NCBI GenBank assembly: GCA_973895155.1
Contig: OZ316899.1
Coordinates: forward strand, 15,527,974 to 15,591,973
Origin: Marsupella aquatica
Lineage: Eukaryota > Plantae > Marchantiophyta
DNA length: 64,000 nt
Reading direction: 5' to 3'
Both the position numbers and the translations under genes were made by a program. Within the stretch, counting starts at the first letter, position 1, and each line of letters starts with the position of its first letter. The notes beneath the pieces are model-generated. The model did not search any database, had not been told where the DNA came from, and saw nothing but the letters and a program-made list of their open reading frames with translations. Shown piece after piece: positions 35,581-47,840 of the stretch.

Positions 35581-36979
35581 GACAAAACCTGCCTCAAGAA
35601 GAGCATCAAGCGCTGCAACTCAATGATTCCCACATCCTGCTTCGGTAACTGAGACACCCTTCTCTTGAACTCCCTTAGGAGCTCTTGCGGCCCCTTCAGC
35701 TTCTTGTTCTTGTCATTCACCCAATCCAAGAAGGTAGCCTGCGTGACCCGATCAGCATCCTCCGCTTGGAACTCCTCTTTCATCTTCTGGTCGAAGTCAT
35801 CCCAACCCTCAGCTGACTCAACGATGGTCTGCACCATCAAACTCAACTCGTTCTCAACCAGCACCATGAACTCTTTCACGGCTGTCCCTTCGTCCAACTT
35901 GTAGATAGCTGCTTTTGTCAAGTAAGACTTAAGGTAGCTTGTCACATTTCTCCCATCGAACTGCCCATTCTCTTTTAGAACCTCTTGGAGACACCAAGTA
36001 GTTCTATTCGCTTCCCTGTTCGCCCTTTCCGACTCAAGCTCTTCCTTCCTTATGGTTCTCATCATCGACATGACGATGCTCGATATCGAATCGACTTCGT
36101 CATAGTCACCCATCTCATCCAATCGCCCCAAGGAATCCCCAGTACGGTTGCCAATGTCGCGAGGACTTAAAGTTAGGGGCTCCTTGGGCAAACTACACAT
36201 TTCTGGCTGCGATCGGGAAGGTGACAAGCACTTTTTGGAGCGAACTCTCACTCCTTTATATTTTTTACTTTTCTCACAAAGGTTACAATAGGTGCCCTCG
36301 AGTAAGCTTGCCCGCAAGAGTCTGGTAGCTGGCCCTACGGCGGGCCGCTACCTCTAACTTGTCGGGTAGAACTCCTCGAATGACTAACTACTCAAAATCT
36401 GATGGAAAAACTATCCTCCTTAGCTCACAAAAACCAAAAACTCAACTAGCTACTCCACTGGTCTAAAACAGCTCGCATGGAACTCGGGCCTGGACCAACG
36501 ATGCTCCAAACTTGAGAAATCCTCTCCTGGATCGATAAGACTCCAAACTCGAGAAATCCCCGCCTGGATCAACGAGACTCTAGACTCGAGAAATTCCCCG
36601 CCTGGATCGAAAACTCCCCACCTGGATGGAAAACTCACTCGGAACTCCAAAACCGCCACACAATAGTCGAGTTCCGCAGAACAGAGCGAAACTCACAGAA
36701 TGCAACTCAACACATCTCAGTAGACAACCGCCAACCTCAATGAGCCGAGACTCAAGTCTTAAGTAGCATCAGGAACCCAACCATCCAGCCTGAGCCAACT
36801 GCCAGCAGCAAGGCTCATCCAAACTCCAAGCCTGGTGACGATGAGTCACCCAATCACCAAACCTCAATCCATCCAACCAAGCAGCCCCTCCGAGTCAGCA
36901 TGCACGCAATCCAACCTGGAGGCCTTGCCCATCATCCCCTATAAAAGCCATTCCTGAGCCAAAATCTTTTGGCACGACA
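35581..36979 (-). mobile_element. Family-3 gypsy copy A: 5' LTR (36155-36979), PBS and truncated gag
   Basis: LTR TGTCGTGCC...CTCGCGACA. PBS TGGCAACCGTACTGGGGA (36153-36136). gag MGDYDEV...GQFDGRNVTSYLKSY. Confidence 0.88.
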
Positions 36980-38288
36980 CCGGCCTTGGAGAGATGGCCT
37001 CAACCCGAGGCCCAAAGTCTGGCGGCAACGCAAGCCTCACCCATCCAACCTCCACAGGTAGCGGTAGCCATTGTCGCGAGGACTTAAAGTTAGGGGCTCC
37101 TCGGGCAAACTGCGTGTTTCTGGCTGTGATTGGGACAGGCGACAAGCACGTTTTGGAGCGAACTCTCACTCCTTCATATTTTTTACTTTTCTCACAAAGG
37201 TTACAATAGGTGCCCTCGAGTAAGCTTGCCCGCAAGAGTCTACTAGCTGGCCCTACGGCGGGCCGCTACCTCTAACTTGTCGGGTAGAACTCCTCAAGTG
37301 ACTAACTACTCAAAATCTGATGGAAAAACTATCCTCCTTAGCTCACAAAAACCAAAAACTCAACTAGCTACTCCACTAGTCTAAAACAGCTCGCATGGAA
37401 CTCGGGCCTGGACCAACGAGGCTCCAAACTTGAGAAATCCTCTCCTGGATCGACAAGACTCCAAACTCGAGAAATCCCCACCTTGATCAACGAGACTCTA
37501 GACTCGAGAAATTCCCCGCCTGGATCGAAAACTCCCCACCTGGATCGAAAACTCACTCGGAACTCCAAAACCGCCGCACAACAGTCGAGTTCCGCAGAAC
37601 GGAGCGAAACTCACAGAACGCAACTCAACAGATCTCAATAGACAACCGCCAACCTCAATGAGCCGAGGCTCAAGTCTTAAGTAGAACCCAACCATCCAGC
37701 CTGAGCCAGCTGCCAGCAGCAAGGCTCATCCAAACTCCAAGCCTGGTGACTCACCCAAACACCAAATCTGGTGACGACGAGTCACCCAATCACCTTTTCC
37801 CTGCATAAGGTACTTGGTGAACTGTTCCATCCAACTCCCGAATAGTATAGGTCGCATTCGCATGAACAGCAACCACCACATACGGACCTTGCCACCTCCG
37901 AGCAAACTTGTTTCGGCTCAAGTGTTGCTCGTCCAACTTACTTTCGTAAACCAGAACCCAATCCCCTTCCTTAACCAAGACAAGCCTCAACCGATGAGTC
38001 CTGTCAAACCTGCCCTTGTTCCTTAACCTCGCCATCTTCAATTGCTTCCGAGCCACCTCAATCTTTGGGGGTAACAAGTTGAAGTGTTCGATCCTTCGAG
38101 CCAGCAACTCCTCTCTCGAAACTTCATCTTTCCATCCAATCAGTTGCCAGCTGCAAACATCTTCGTCGAGTGGCATCATCGGCAAGTGCCCAGTAAGTAG
38201 CTCAGCCGGAACGTATCCGGTCACTGAGCTACAAGTCATCTGATCCGCTAACAGAGCAAGTGGAAGGAGACTCGACCACCTGCCCAAG

Positions 38289-41200
38289 TGTGAGCCGCTC
38301 AATTAGTGGGTTAAATTAGTTTTAGGTTACATTTTTTCTTTTTTGTTCTAAGTAAGCGTATTATGCCTGTAAATGAGTGGGAAGTAGAAGTGAAACTGAA
38401 GTAAACTCTCTTCAGTAAAGCAGAGTAGGAAAGTTTCATTAGTTTAAACCACGGTTAATTTAACAGTGGATTAGTGGATTAGATAGGTAATCAGATCCTT
38501 AGAGTTTGTAATTTAGGCTGGGATTTTTTCTGAAGGTTCTAGGCAGGCCCTTGAGAACCCTTGTAAAAGTGCAAGTCATTTCAACCGTTCAATTAGAAGC
38601 TATTTACAGTGGAACAAAACTTAAAATAGCCAACTTGCAAGACATAGGGAAAATAGCCATAGAGCAAAAAATGTATTTTGAAGGCTAGCCATGGTGTTAC
38701 TATACCTAACACTATCCCTTAGAATTACTAAACCTAGTTTTGGACTTATAGATACTTTTTGGGAGTGGTCCGAATTCTGTAAAAGTAGCTATGAATTATA
38801 ACGGATTGCAGACTTTGAACAATTATAGAAAAGCCAAGTTTAATTATATATCAATTCTAAGAATTGTTTTAGGAAGCCCTAGGGCTAGGAAATCTAGGAG
38901 TATGTTCATAATAGTTTTTTTTCTTATGAGTGAGTTTTGAGCTATAGGCGAAGATGGCTGATGTTAAATGCCATAAGTAGCACTCAAAGGGAGACTTAAA
39001 GGGAGGAATGTTCTTTGTGCATACAAAGGGGTAATTCAGCTGCGTAGAGAAACGTGGTGGACTCATTTACATCTGTAAAGGGCAGGGTTACAATGTAAAA
39101 GAGCTAGCTAAGGCCAGGTGTCAAGCCCAGAATTCAATAGAGCAAAATTCAAAGTGAAATTGAAGGGAGAATGGAGCTCAATGCTGCAGCTGAATGGAGA
39201 GCCAATACTCCACCAAATCAAGTAAGAAGAACTGGGCTGGAATGCTGGGCTCAAGGAGAATCAGAAGACCTGAACTAGAAGAGGAAATCCTGGAGCACGA
39301 ATTAAAGGAGGAGATCGAAGGGAAAGCAAAGGCTCGAAGGGAAATTAATAGAGAAGATTGAAATTTCTGAATCAGAGAAAATATTTTACAGAAAGGAGAA
39401 GTCATCGACCGCTAACAAGGGGGCTCTTCAGGCGAAATCAACTTGCACCTTCTATAGGGGAACTTTGAGGTGGCACAGTGGACAGCTAGAAGACCATTTC
39501 CTCAGCTAGGGCGATTGACAAGAAATCTGAGCTGTGGCCCTTAACTTCAGGAATTGAATGCAGGATCAAGTCCATAGATATATTCTGAAATTAGAATGGC
39601 TGCTCTTTGCACTTCAGCAATTGAATGCAGGATCAAGTCCATAGATATATTCTGAAATTAGAATGGCTGCTCTTTGGACTTCAGCAATTGAATGCTACCA
39701 AGGTCAACCGACAGTCAAGAGAAGAACACATGGAAGGGAGATATTTTCATGAGAATGAAGGGCTGGTCTGAACGGAAGCACTGGCCAGACTTCCTTCAAA
39801 TAACCCACGATCCCTTCAAACAAGTTCAGTTTTCTAAGTTCTAGCTTAGTTCTCTCCTTGCTCCAAACTGAATCAGGCAGTCGACTCTGCCATAGATTGG
39901 AAGCATTCATTCTCCTATTTCCATGAGTTCTCTCTCTCCGTTCACCCATGCACTTATTGTCAAGACCAGCGCTTATATTTCACAGGGCTTATATTTCACA
40001 GGAGTACTGGGCCTTTACATTTGTAGTCTCACGGGGTTACTGTTTGGCTTTGTACACCTGAGTTTACACATGCAAGGTCAAGCAAACCGAGTTTACACCA
40101 GTAACTGAGCCTTGAGATAAGGCTGACTCTAGTTTAAAGTGACGATATCAATGGGTTCTGCTGAAACCTGAATAACTCGCTTAGTTTAGACCCAATCGGA
40201 GTACTTTTAAATACATTGGAAAGGTATCAACGGTGGCTAGAGGCTGGCACAAGCTAGGAGGATTGGGAGTTCACTAAGATTCTCTTGGAAGTCAGGTTGT
40301 ATAACAGTTTGATATTGCCAGCTACTTGAGAGGTTTTGATCGTGGTAAGGCTCTAAAAGGAGGTCAAGTGGGACTACAATCAAAGTGCATGGCTGATCCC
40401 AGAGTTCCTGATCCAAGAGGGCTGCCTGATCAGCATTTTCCTCCCCTGGTCCACAAGGCTAAGTTCACCTTGTGGAGTAAGCATGGGAGAGCAAATGCCG
40501 ACCCCGACATTTGGCTGGCCCAATACCTAGCTTGCTCAAAGGTGGACAAGAGGGGCAGAAGTTCAAATCTGAGGGCTTTCACCAAGGTGTACCTCAAGCA
40601 TTTCAGAGAGGACAACCAGATTACCAAGCCACTAACCAGTACGGTAAGGAGGTACCATGCTTGGGTCATTCGCAAGGCCCTAATCGGATGGGTGAGGCTT
40701 GGAGAAGGGCTCTTTCATGTCAAGGGGACCTAGGCTGGTTCTGGAGTCCAGGAATAAGGAGGTTAAGGAGTGGAGTCCTTAAAGCCAACATGGAGGGTAC
40801 CTAAGGACCTGAGTTACATGGAGACTTTGGAGGAACTTGGAGGGCCATTGGAAGTTGATCCCTCTACTATTTTTAGAACTATTTGGTAGATAGGGATGAC
40901 TGTACTTTGGAGGCTGACTTAGTCCCTGATTTGGAGGGATAGGACAGCCAAGTCAGGAGGTGAGGTGGACCTGAATGAAGGGCTAAAATCAAGGAGTTGA
41001 TTTAGGCTTTCAAAAGGCCACCAACTAGCTCATTAGTTAGGTAAGACAAACAAGTGAGTTAGTGAGATAGTTAGGAGGATAAGTAAGGATCTTTGACCCC
41101 CTTGAAAGGTGGGCTGGTCTTTTTTTAGTGGTGAGTCACTTGCTGGCCTTTGGGGTGGTTTTGGACTTTGTGATGAGTTGAAGCCAAGCAAGGAGTACTT

Positions 41201-41795
41201 AAGTTGGTGTGAGTTACTTTGTGTGGGTCCAAGTATGGAGAATCAAGGAGTAGCACTAAGAGACCTTAGGGGAACTAAGGTAGATGTTCTAGGGGTACTA
41301 GAACTCAAGTGTATGCCTTGAGGCTTGAAAGTACCATAGTGTTAAGTAGTAGGAGTTGAAGAAGCTAAAGTATAGCAAGTAGGTAGTGACAACCTACCCA
41401 TGTACTTCCTTTGAAATTCTTATGAAATTTCAACACGTTTCTGGGAAAGAAATTGTTGATGTGCACTCATCTGAAATCTTGAGGCCCTTGTGGTCTAGCA
41501 TGTTGCTCATATGATTGTTGTGAGTCCAGAAGTCTTCTCTTTGGGTAAGGGAGACCTAGATTAGTTGTCTTGCCGGGTAGGGGAACATTCCAACGGTGGA
41601 AACCAAAGAATACCCATTTCTGGTGACGGAAACCAAATACATCTGCACAGTCTCAAGGAGAAGCAAAGGCTTAATGGAAATAGAGGTAGTTCCTTCTTAT
41701 GGAGCGTCCCTCCCGTAGTTCCTGGTGATAAAGAGCTATCAAGTGCAAGCTTTTAGTACAATAAGGCTTATTAGCTCATAAGCGAGGGTCTGACA
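38289..41795. mobile_element. Family-4 putative solo LTR (3,507 bp)
   Basis: Ends TGTGAG...CTGACA. 5-bp TSD CCAAG at 38284-38288 and 41796-41800. Excision restores integrase ACDGDLGRW (cf. copy C). Confidence 0.82.
39545..39695 (+). repeat. ~67-bp direct tandem duplication in the family-4 LTR
   Basis: AATTGAATGCAGGATCAAGTCC...CTTCAGC occurs twice. Confidence 0.9.
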
Positions 41796-44700
41796 CCAAG
41801 TCCCCATCACAAGCCTTAGCCAAAGCACCCACAATCTGGATGTGCCCCCTTTCAGATTTCCCATTGCCTTCCGGATTGTAACTCGAAGTCAGCTTTAGTT
41901 TGATGCGGTATTGGTCAAAAAACTCTTGCGCTTCCTTGGAGCTGAACTCCCCCCTATCAGCTCTGATCCTTGTAAAGCACCTATGCCTTGCAATGATATC
42001 CTCAAGTATGAATTGGCAAACGGCAGCAATAGTGTTCGAAACCAACGCTCTCCCTTCCACATAAGAAGACAAGTCTTCTCTCGCCAAAACCAAGTATCTC
42101 GCCCCATTGCTCTCTCTTGGCATGTACACCACATCAACAGCCCATTGAAAGTGTAGAGCCACGGGGTAAGTCGGAACCAATCCATCCCTATGTCGGATCC
42201 TCGAGTAAAACTGGCAAATCTCGCAAGTCTCGACATAGTCTCAAATAGCCAAGTATAAACCTGGCCACCAGTACAGCTTCCGAACCCTCTCATAAGTCGA
42301 ATGCACCCCTTTGTGCCCAGCCATGTCAGCATCATGGCTGTCTTTGAGAATTTGGTCTTTCTCATCCTTAGTATCCACAACCCTCTGCAACAACTGACTT
42401 GGGTCCTTATGCCTTTGCCACAAGTAGCCCTCCCTCAATAGGAACTTGTAAGATCTCTTCCGGATCTTGACGAACTCCTGGTAACTCCACTCTGGTTGCT
42501 TCTCCAAAGTGCTAATGTAATGCCCGATATCAAGCAACTCTCTTGAGTAGAGTTCTTCCTTGAACTCTAGACTTCCAACACTTTCGGTTCCGGTCACCTC
42601 GCCAACTCTCGTTGCTACCTCATTTCCGAATCTCGCCCTTGACAGCATGTTGGCAACCGGATTATCCTTTCCCGCAATGTGACTTACCTCAGGGTTGAAC
42701 ATCCGAATGAAAGCGATCCACCTGAGCATTGCTATGTCAGGCGTGTCACAATTTGCAATCATCCCCAATAGCGATTGGCAATCAGTCTCAACCACCACCG
42801 GCGCCCCAATCAAATAGTTCCTCTCCTGATGGAGTGCCACTTTGGCACCCCAAAGCTCCCTCTTAACTTGGGCATATCTCCTTTGCCTTTCCGTAAAAGT
42901 TTTTGCCCCAAAGCTGATTGCATACCTTTCCCCATTCTCGTCATCTTGCCCAACACCCACCCGGCTGTGAACGGACTCGCATCAATAGTCATGATCAGTG
43001 GTCGCCCGCTCTCATAGTCCGCAGCTCAGAGAACTGGCGGGCTCATGAGAGCGCTCTTAAGCTTAGCCATTGCTTCACTATGCTCGGGTAGCCATCTCCA
43101 CTTAACCTTTTTCCTCAACAGCTCATAGAGTGGGTCCGCCAGGTGCAAGAAGTGAGGGATCCAGATCTTGTAAAAGACACAAGCACCCAGAAACCTCCAA
43201 ACTTCCGGCACCGATTCGCAATCCTTCATCTCGCTAGTAGCTCTCACCTTATCCATGTTTGGCTTCCTTCCATAAGATCCGCACATTTGCCCAACGACTT
43301 TCATCTCTTTCATCCCAAATTCAGACTTCTCCCCCGAAAGAGTGACTCCCACATCAATCAGCTTCTCAAGAACCGCCTTAACATCCGCAATGTGATCCCA
43401 CACAAACTGCCGGATCCCATCACTCCTCAAGGTCTCATCCTTCCCTTCAGCCAAACACCCCTTTATCGGGACATCATCAATGAATGGTCTCACTTTTTCC
43501 GGAATGAACGGCTCCAAGATTTTACTCATCGCATTTTGCATGTGCGCTACTGAGTTTGTCGCCCCTTGAGGAAGAGTGCACATCCTCAAGAGGCCCAACG
43601 GGGTCCTCATTGTTGTAATGTCTTGGCTCTCTTGCGCCAATTGGAACTGGTCTTAACCCGAAAACAAATCACCCATGGAGTAGATCGCCCTCCTAGCAAA
43701 CTCCTCCGCAAACTCATCCACGAGTGGCCCAACTCCCACATTCCTGATGGTCACCTTGTTCGGAGGTTGCATATCCTGAATGAATCTCAAGCTTCCATTC
43801 TTCTTTCTCACTGTAAACCATTTGTTTGAGTAGGGAGCATCAGACCTCTCGAGAATCCTAGCACTCAGCTTCTCCTTAAGCAGTTCTGCAAGCTTTGGAG
43901 CTAAAGCCCGCGGAACCAAAATCGGTTTCAGATCCCACGGAACATGAGGGACAGTAAAGATGACCACTCGGTGTCACCTTACTCGGATCCGCACAACCAA
44001 TCTCCTCAATCAAAAACGAGAATGCCTTGCCATGCTCCATTATCATCTTTCAAAATGCCACTTGCTCCACCTCCGTAAGTAACCCATCCGAACCAATCTT
44101 AAGCTTTGCCAAACTCTCTCGAGTAAACTTATGCCCTATCCGATCAGTTGGCCTCAGCCTTGGTTCCAATCTTGCTCGATCCATAACCTCCATTGCATCG
44201 TCCGGCAAAGGTATCGCCGCCGGCCTCACCTTCTTGTCGACCGTCATGTATTTGGTACTTGAGTATACAAGCACGACCATAGACGAGTATTGCCTTTCCA
44301 ACTCCTTCTCCAGGTTGTCCCTTCCCAAGTTAGACTCCGTACATTTGAGTGGCTCTTCCTCTCCATTGTTTATCATGTTTTCCCCTTCACAAGGAGCTAA
44401 GGAACGAGCACTCCGCCGATCCACTCTTTTCAGCGAAGTGCCAAGTCATTTTCCGGACCTGGACTAGAGTCGGCACTCTCAGTCCTCAACCCTTTCCTAT
44501 TCCTCTCGTTTCCAGGTAAAACAGCCGGAAATTGAACCACCTCTTTCCCATCTTTGCTCCAAACCTTCACCATGAAGGTAGTATCATCCATAACCTTCGT
44601 CTCCATCCTCCATTCAGTGATGAACGGCATGCCCAGTATCACCAAAAACGACAAGTGCTCATGAACAAAAATGTTACAAGCCTGCTTGACATTCCCAAAC

Positions 44701-47700
44701 TTCACCATCACATTCGGACATCCACCCCAAAGATAGTCCTTCATTGAACTCACCGAGTTCACACTCCAAAGGAACTCATTATCCACCGGCCAATTCCCCT
44801 TTTGAAACACCTTTGGATCCATCAAGTTGATCTCCGAGCCAGTATCAATGAGCGCCCGCACCTTGCCTTCCATTCCTTCCAACTGGCACTCGCTCTTTGG
44901 ACTTGCTCGAGCCCAGTATCCATCTCGGTAAGCATAACCATTTCCTTTCATTGAGCCCATGACATGAATGGTCCTCAACTGCGCGGTAATGCTTTCTCGT
45001 TCTTCCCCTTTAGTCGGGTCCCTGTTTGCCATAGACTCAGCTTCGCTTCCAGTTCCCATGAGCTCCTCTTCCGCATCGAAGAACTCATCTCATCCAATTG
45101 CCCCAAGGACTCCCCAGTATGGTCGCCAATGTTGCGAGGACTTAAAGTTAGGGGCTCCTCAGGCAAACTGCGCATTTCTGGCTGCGATTGGGACAGGCGA
45201 CAAGCACTTTTCGGAGTGAACTCTCACTCCTTTATATTTTTACTTTTCTCACAAAGGTTACAATAGGTGCCCTCGAGTAAGCTTGCCCGCAAGAGTCTAG
45301 TAGCTGGCCCTACGGTGGGCCGCTACCTCTAACTTGTTGGGTAGAACTCCTCGAGTGACTAACTACTCAAAATCTGATGGAAAAACTATCCTCCTTAGCT
45401 CACAAAAACTCAACTAGCTACTCCACTAGTCTAAACAGCTCGCATGGAACTCGGGCCTGGACCAACAAGGCTCCAAACTCAAGAAATCCTCTCCTGGATC
45501 GACAAGACTCCAAACTCGAGAAATCCCCGCCTGGATCAACGAGACTCTAGACTCAAGAAATTCCCCGCCTGGATCGAAAACTCCCCACCTGGATCAAAAA
45601 CTCACTTGGAACTCCAAAACCGCCACACAATAGTCGAGTTCCACAGAATGGAGCGAAACTCAGAGAACGCAACTCAACAAATCTCAATAGACAACCGCCA
45701 ACCTCAATGAGCCGAGGCTCAAGTCTTAAGTAGCATCGGAAACCCAACCATCCAGCCTGAGCCAGCTACCATCAGCGAGGCTCATCCAAACTCCAAGCCT
45801 GGTGACTCACCCAAACACCAAACCTGGCGACGACGAGTCACCCAATCACCAAACCTCAATCCATCCAACCAAGCAGTCCCTCCGAGTCAGCATGCATGCA
45901 ACCCAACCGGGAGGCCTCGCCCATCATCCCCTATAAAAGCCATTTCTGAGCCAAAATCTTTTGGCACGACACCGTGGCCAAAGAAGTACCGGAAGAGGCA
46001 GTGATCGCAACCTTAGACGCGATCAACCAGGCCGGGCCTGGTACAGAAGTTGGGGTGGTGGAGGCCTTTCCCAAGCCCGAGGGTCCAGAAGACCCACCAG
46101 TGGCTATTCCAGAGGACAATCCGATGGTGGAGGAGGACACTCCAGCCCCTTCCAACACTACATCCCCAGGGCTGGATGTCACTACCCTGGATCCCACGTG
46201 AGTTAATGTCTGACCGTGCCCAACTCTAGACGGGCATAACCTGGACCACCCGGAACTCTTCGTACCGGGTACATTTCTAAATGGGCTTTTGGGAGATTTC
46301 TCCCAACATATAGCCCGGGATATCGGGGAGTTTGTGGCTCGGAAGGTAGCCTACTTCTTCAATCAGGAGTTGGTTACCACAGTAAAGGCAGGTCGGGCTC
46401 AGTTGAAGGCCCTTCAGCGGATAGAGCGGTACCGGGTTGAGTCCGTGTACCTAAAGGATGAAGTTGCGGCTCAAGAGACTGAGCTTCTGCAACTATGACC
46501 CAAGGTTGCAGCCGCCAATGAATTGTTAGCAAATGCGCATGCCCTTATCGCCTTAGCCAAACAGGCCAAAGTCAAGAAGGAGGCCAAGATTGCACGGCTC
46601 CGGACCCAGGTTGACAGTTTGAAGAATCAAACTGTCATCTGGCAGAAAGACCTAGAGGAGGCCAAAGAGCGGGCCTAGCGTGACACTACGGAGATTGCCA
46701 CCCTGCAGGCCGAAGTGGCACGGCTTCAAGCCAAAGCCGAGAAACAGACCCAGGTGGTGGACAAGTTGACGAGCAACGCCCAGCAACTGGAAGAGGCATG
46801 CAAGGAGGCAGTTGAGGAGACAGACGCGGCAAAGCGAGAAAACAAATCTCTGTTGGACCAAGTCCAACTCCTCAAGGCGGACAACGACAGACTCCGTAGG
46901 CAGCGGGATGGCCGCTCCCACTTGGACGGCTCTGGCAAGCGCACCAGACATTAGCGGAGGGTTAGGCTTAGAATAGACTTAGGAGTAGCTAAAACAGGCT
47001 GGTAGGACAAGTGTCGGCCAGAAGATAGCGGCGCTGACACATTAGCCAGCCTGTGTAGAGTAGGTTAGACTAATAGGACAAGCAGGCACCAGCTTAGCAA
47101 GGATATAAGTTAGCATAGATTTGGGCACGAGGCCAGGCCAGTCCTCAGCCCTTAGTATTTAGCGGCCCCCCAGTTGAGGTTAGGGGAGGGGGATTTTAGA
47201 CTCAGAGGTTGGCCATTTGCAGTACGCGCGGGGAGTCCCAAACTCGGTGAAATACCGGAGTGCCAAGGGGAGGGTATACGACTAAGCTCGCTGGGCGAGT
47301 GCGGAGCCGGGCTCTGTTGTAGTGTATACTCCTCGGCCTTGGGCCCGTTCGTTCACGAGGTGTCGGGTCAACCAATCATAAAGTGTATGATCATAAATGA
47401 ATGAAATCCTTTCTCCTTAATTCCTTCGTGTAAATCGAGATTTCTGTTATGTATGAATGCATGTATGAGTCTTATGTGCAAGTATCAACGCCGGGCCAAA
47501 CATGTTGTGCCAACCGTGCACGGGGTGCCGGATACAGGTACGGGGTTGCGAGCCCGGGTTGAGCCCTTGTACTAATGGATCCGGATTGAAGGCGGTAACA
47601 CGAAGGCTTAGAAGTCTGTGAGCCGGGGTCGACCCCGTGTCGACTAAGGTATGTTCCGACGGCGGAACACAAACTATACCTAGGAGGTGTCTGTACATAA

Positions 47701-47840
47701 CAGTAAGCGCACTTAGCGCTACTTTACGTACTAAGTTAGGAGCATTCTGTGCGTCCCTCCCTGCCCAAACCCTCATATTTACGAAGGATGTGCCTGTCTA
47801 AGCCAAAGCCCGGGTTAAGGCCTAGGCTGACGATGTGACA

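Larger units (their letters stand above)
37790..45085 (-). pseudogene. pol: Family-3 pol (protease, RT, RNase H, H2C2, integrase), split by the family-4 LTR
   Basis: ALIDTGSEINLM, LPQGATNS...PFIDDV, IDAS...ETDCQ, HDADMAGH, WAVDVVYM...ADRGE...NGKSERGH, WQGPY. Confidence 0.92.
37072..45971 (-). mobile_element. Family-3 gypsy copy B: 5' LTR 45130-45971, PBS 45111-45128, gag deleted, decayed PR-RT-RH-INT, truncated 3' LTR 37072-37794
   Basis: 4-bp TSD CCAT/CCGT (37068-37071 and 45972-45975). PBS TGGCGACCATACTGGGGA resembles the tRNA-Arg-type PBS. Confidence 0.9.
36980..47840 (+). mobile_element. 3' part of a family-2 LTR (segments 36980-37071 and 45976-47840) with a decayed copy of the 880-aa ORF
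   Basis: Colinear with ~57817-59789. Ends ...GATGTGACA, followed directly by chromovirus pol. PALERWPQPEAQ...VAVA|VAKEVPEE stays in frame after removing family-3 copy B. Confidence 0.88.

Noticed and set aside
36114-36317. N-terminal extension of gag (MRASLLEGTYC...)
   Set aside because: This is read-through of LTR and PBS sequence; the plausible start is MGDYDEV after the PBS.
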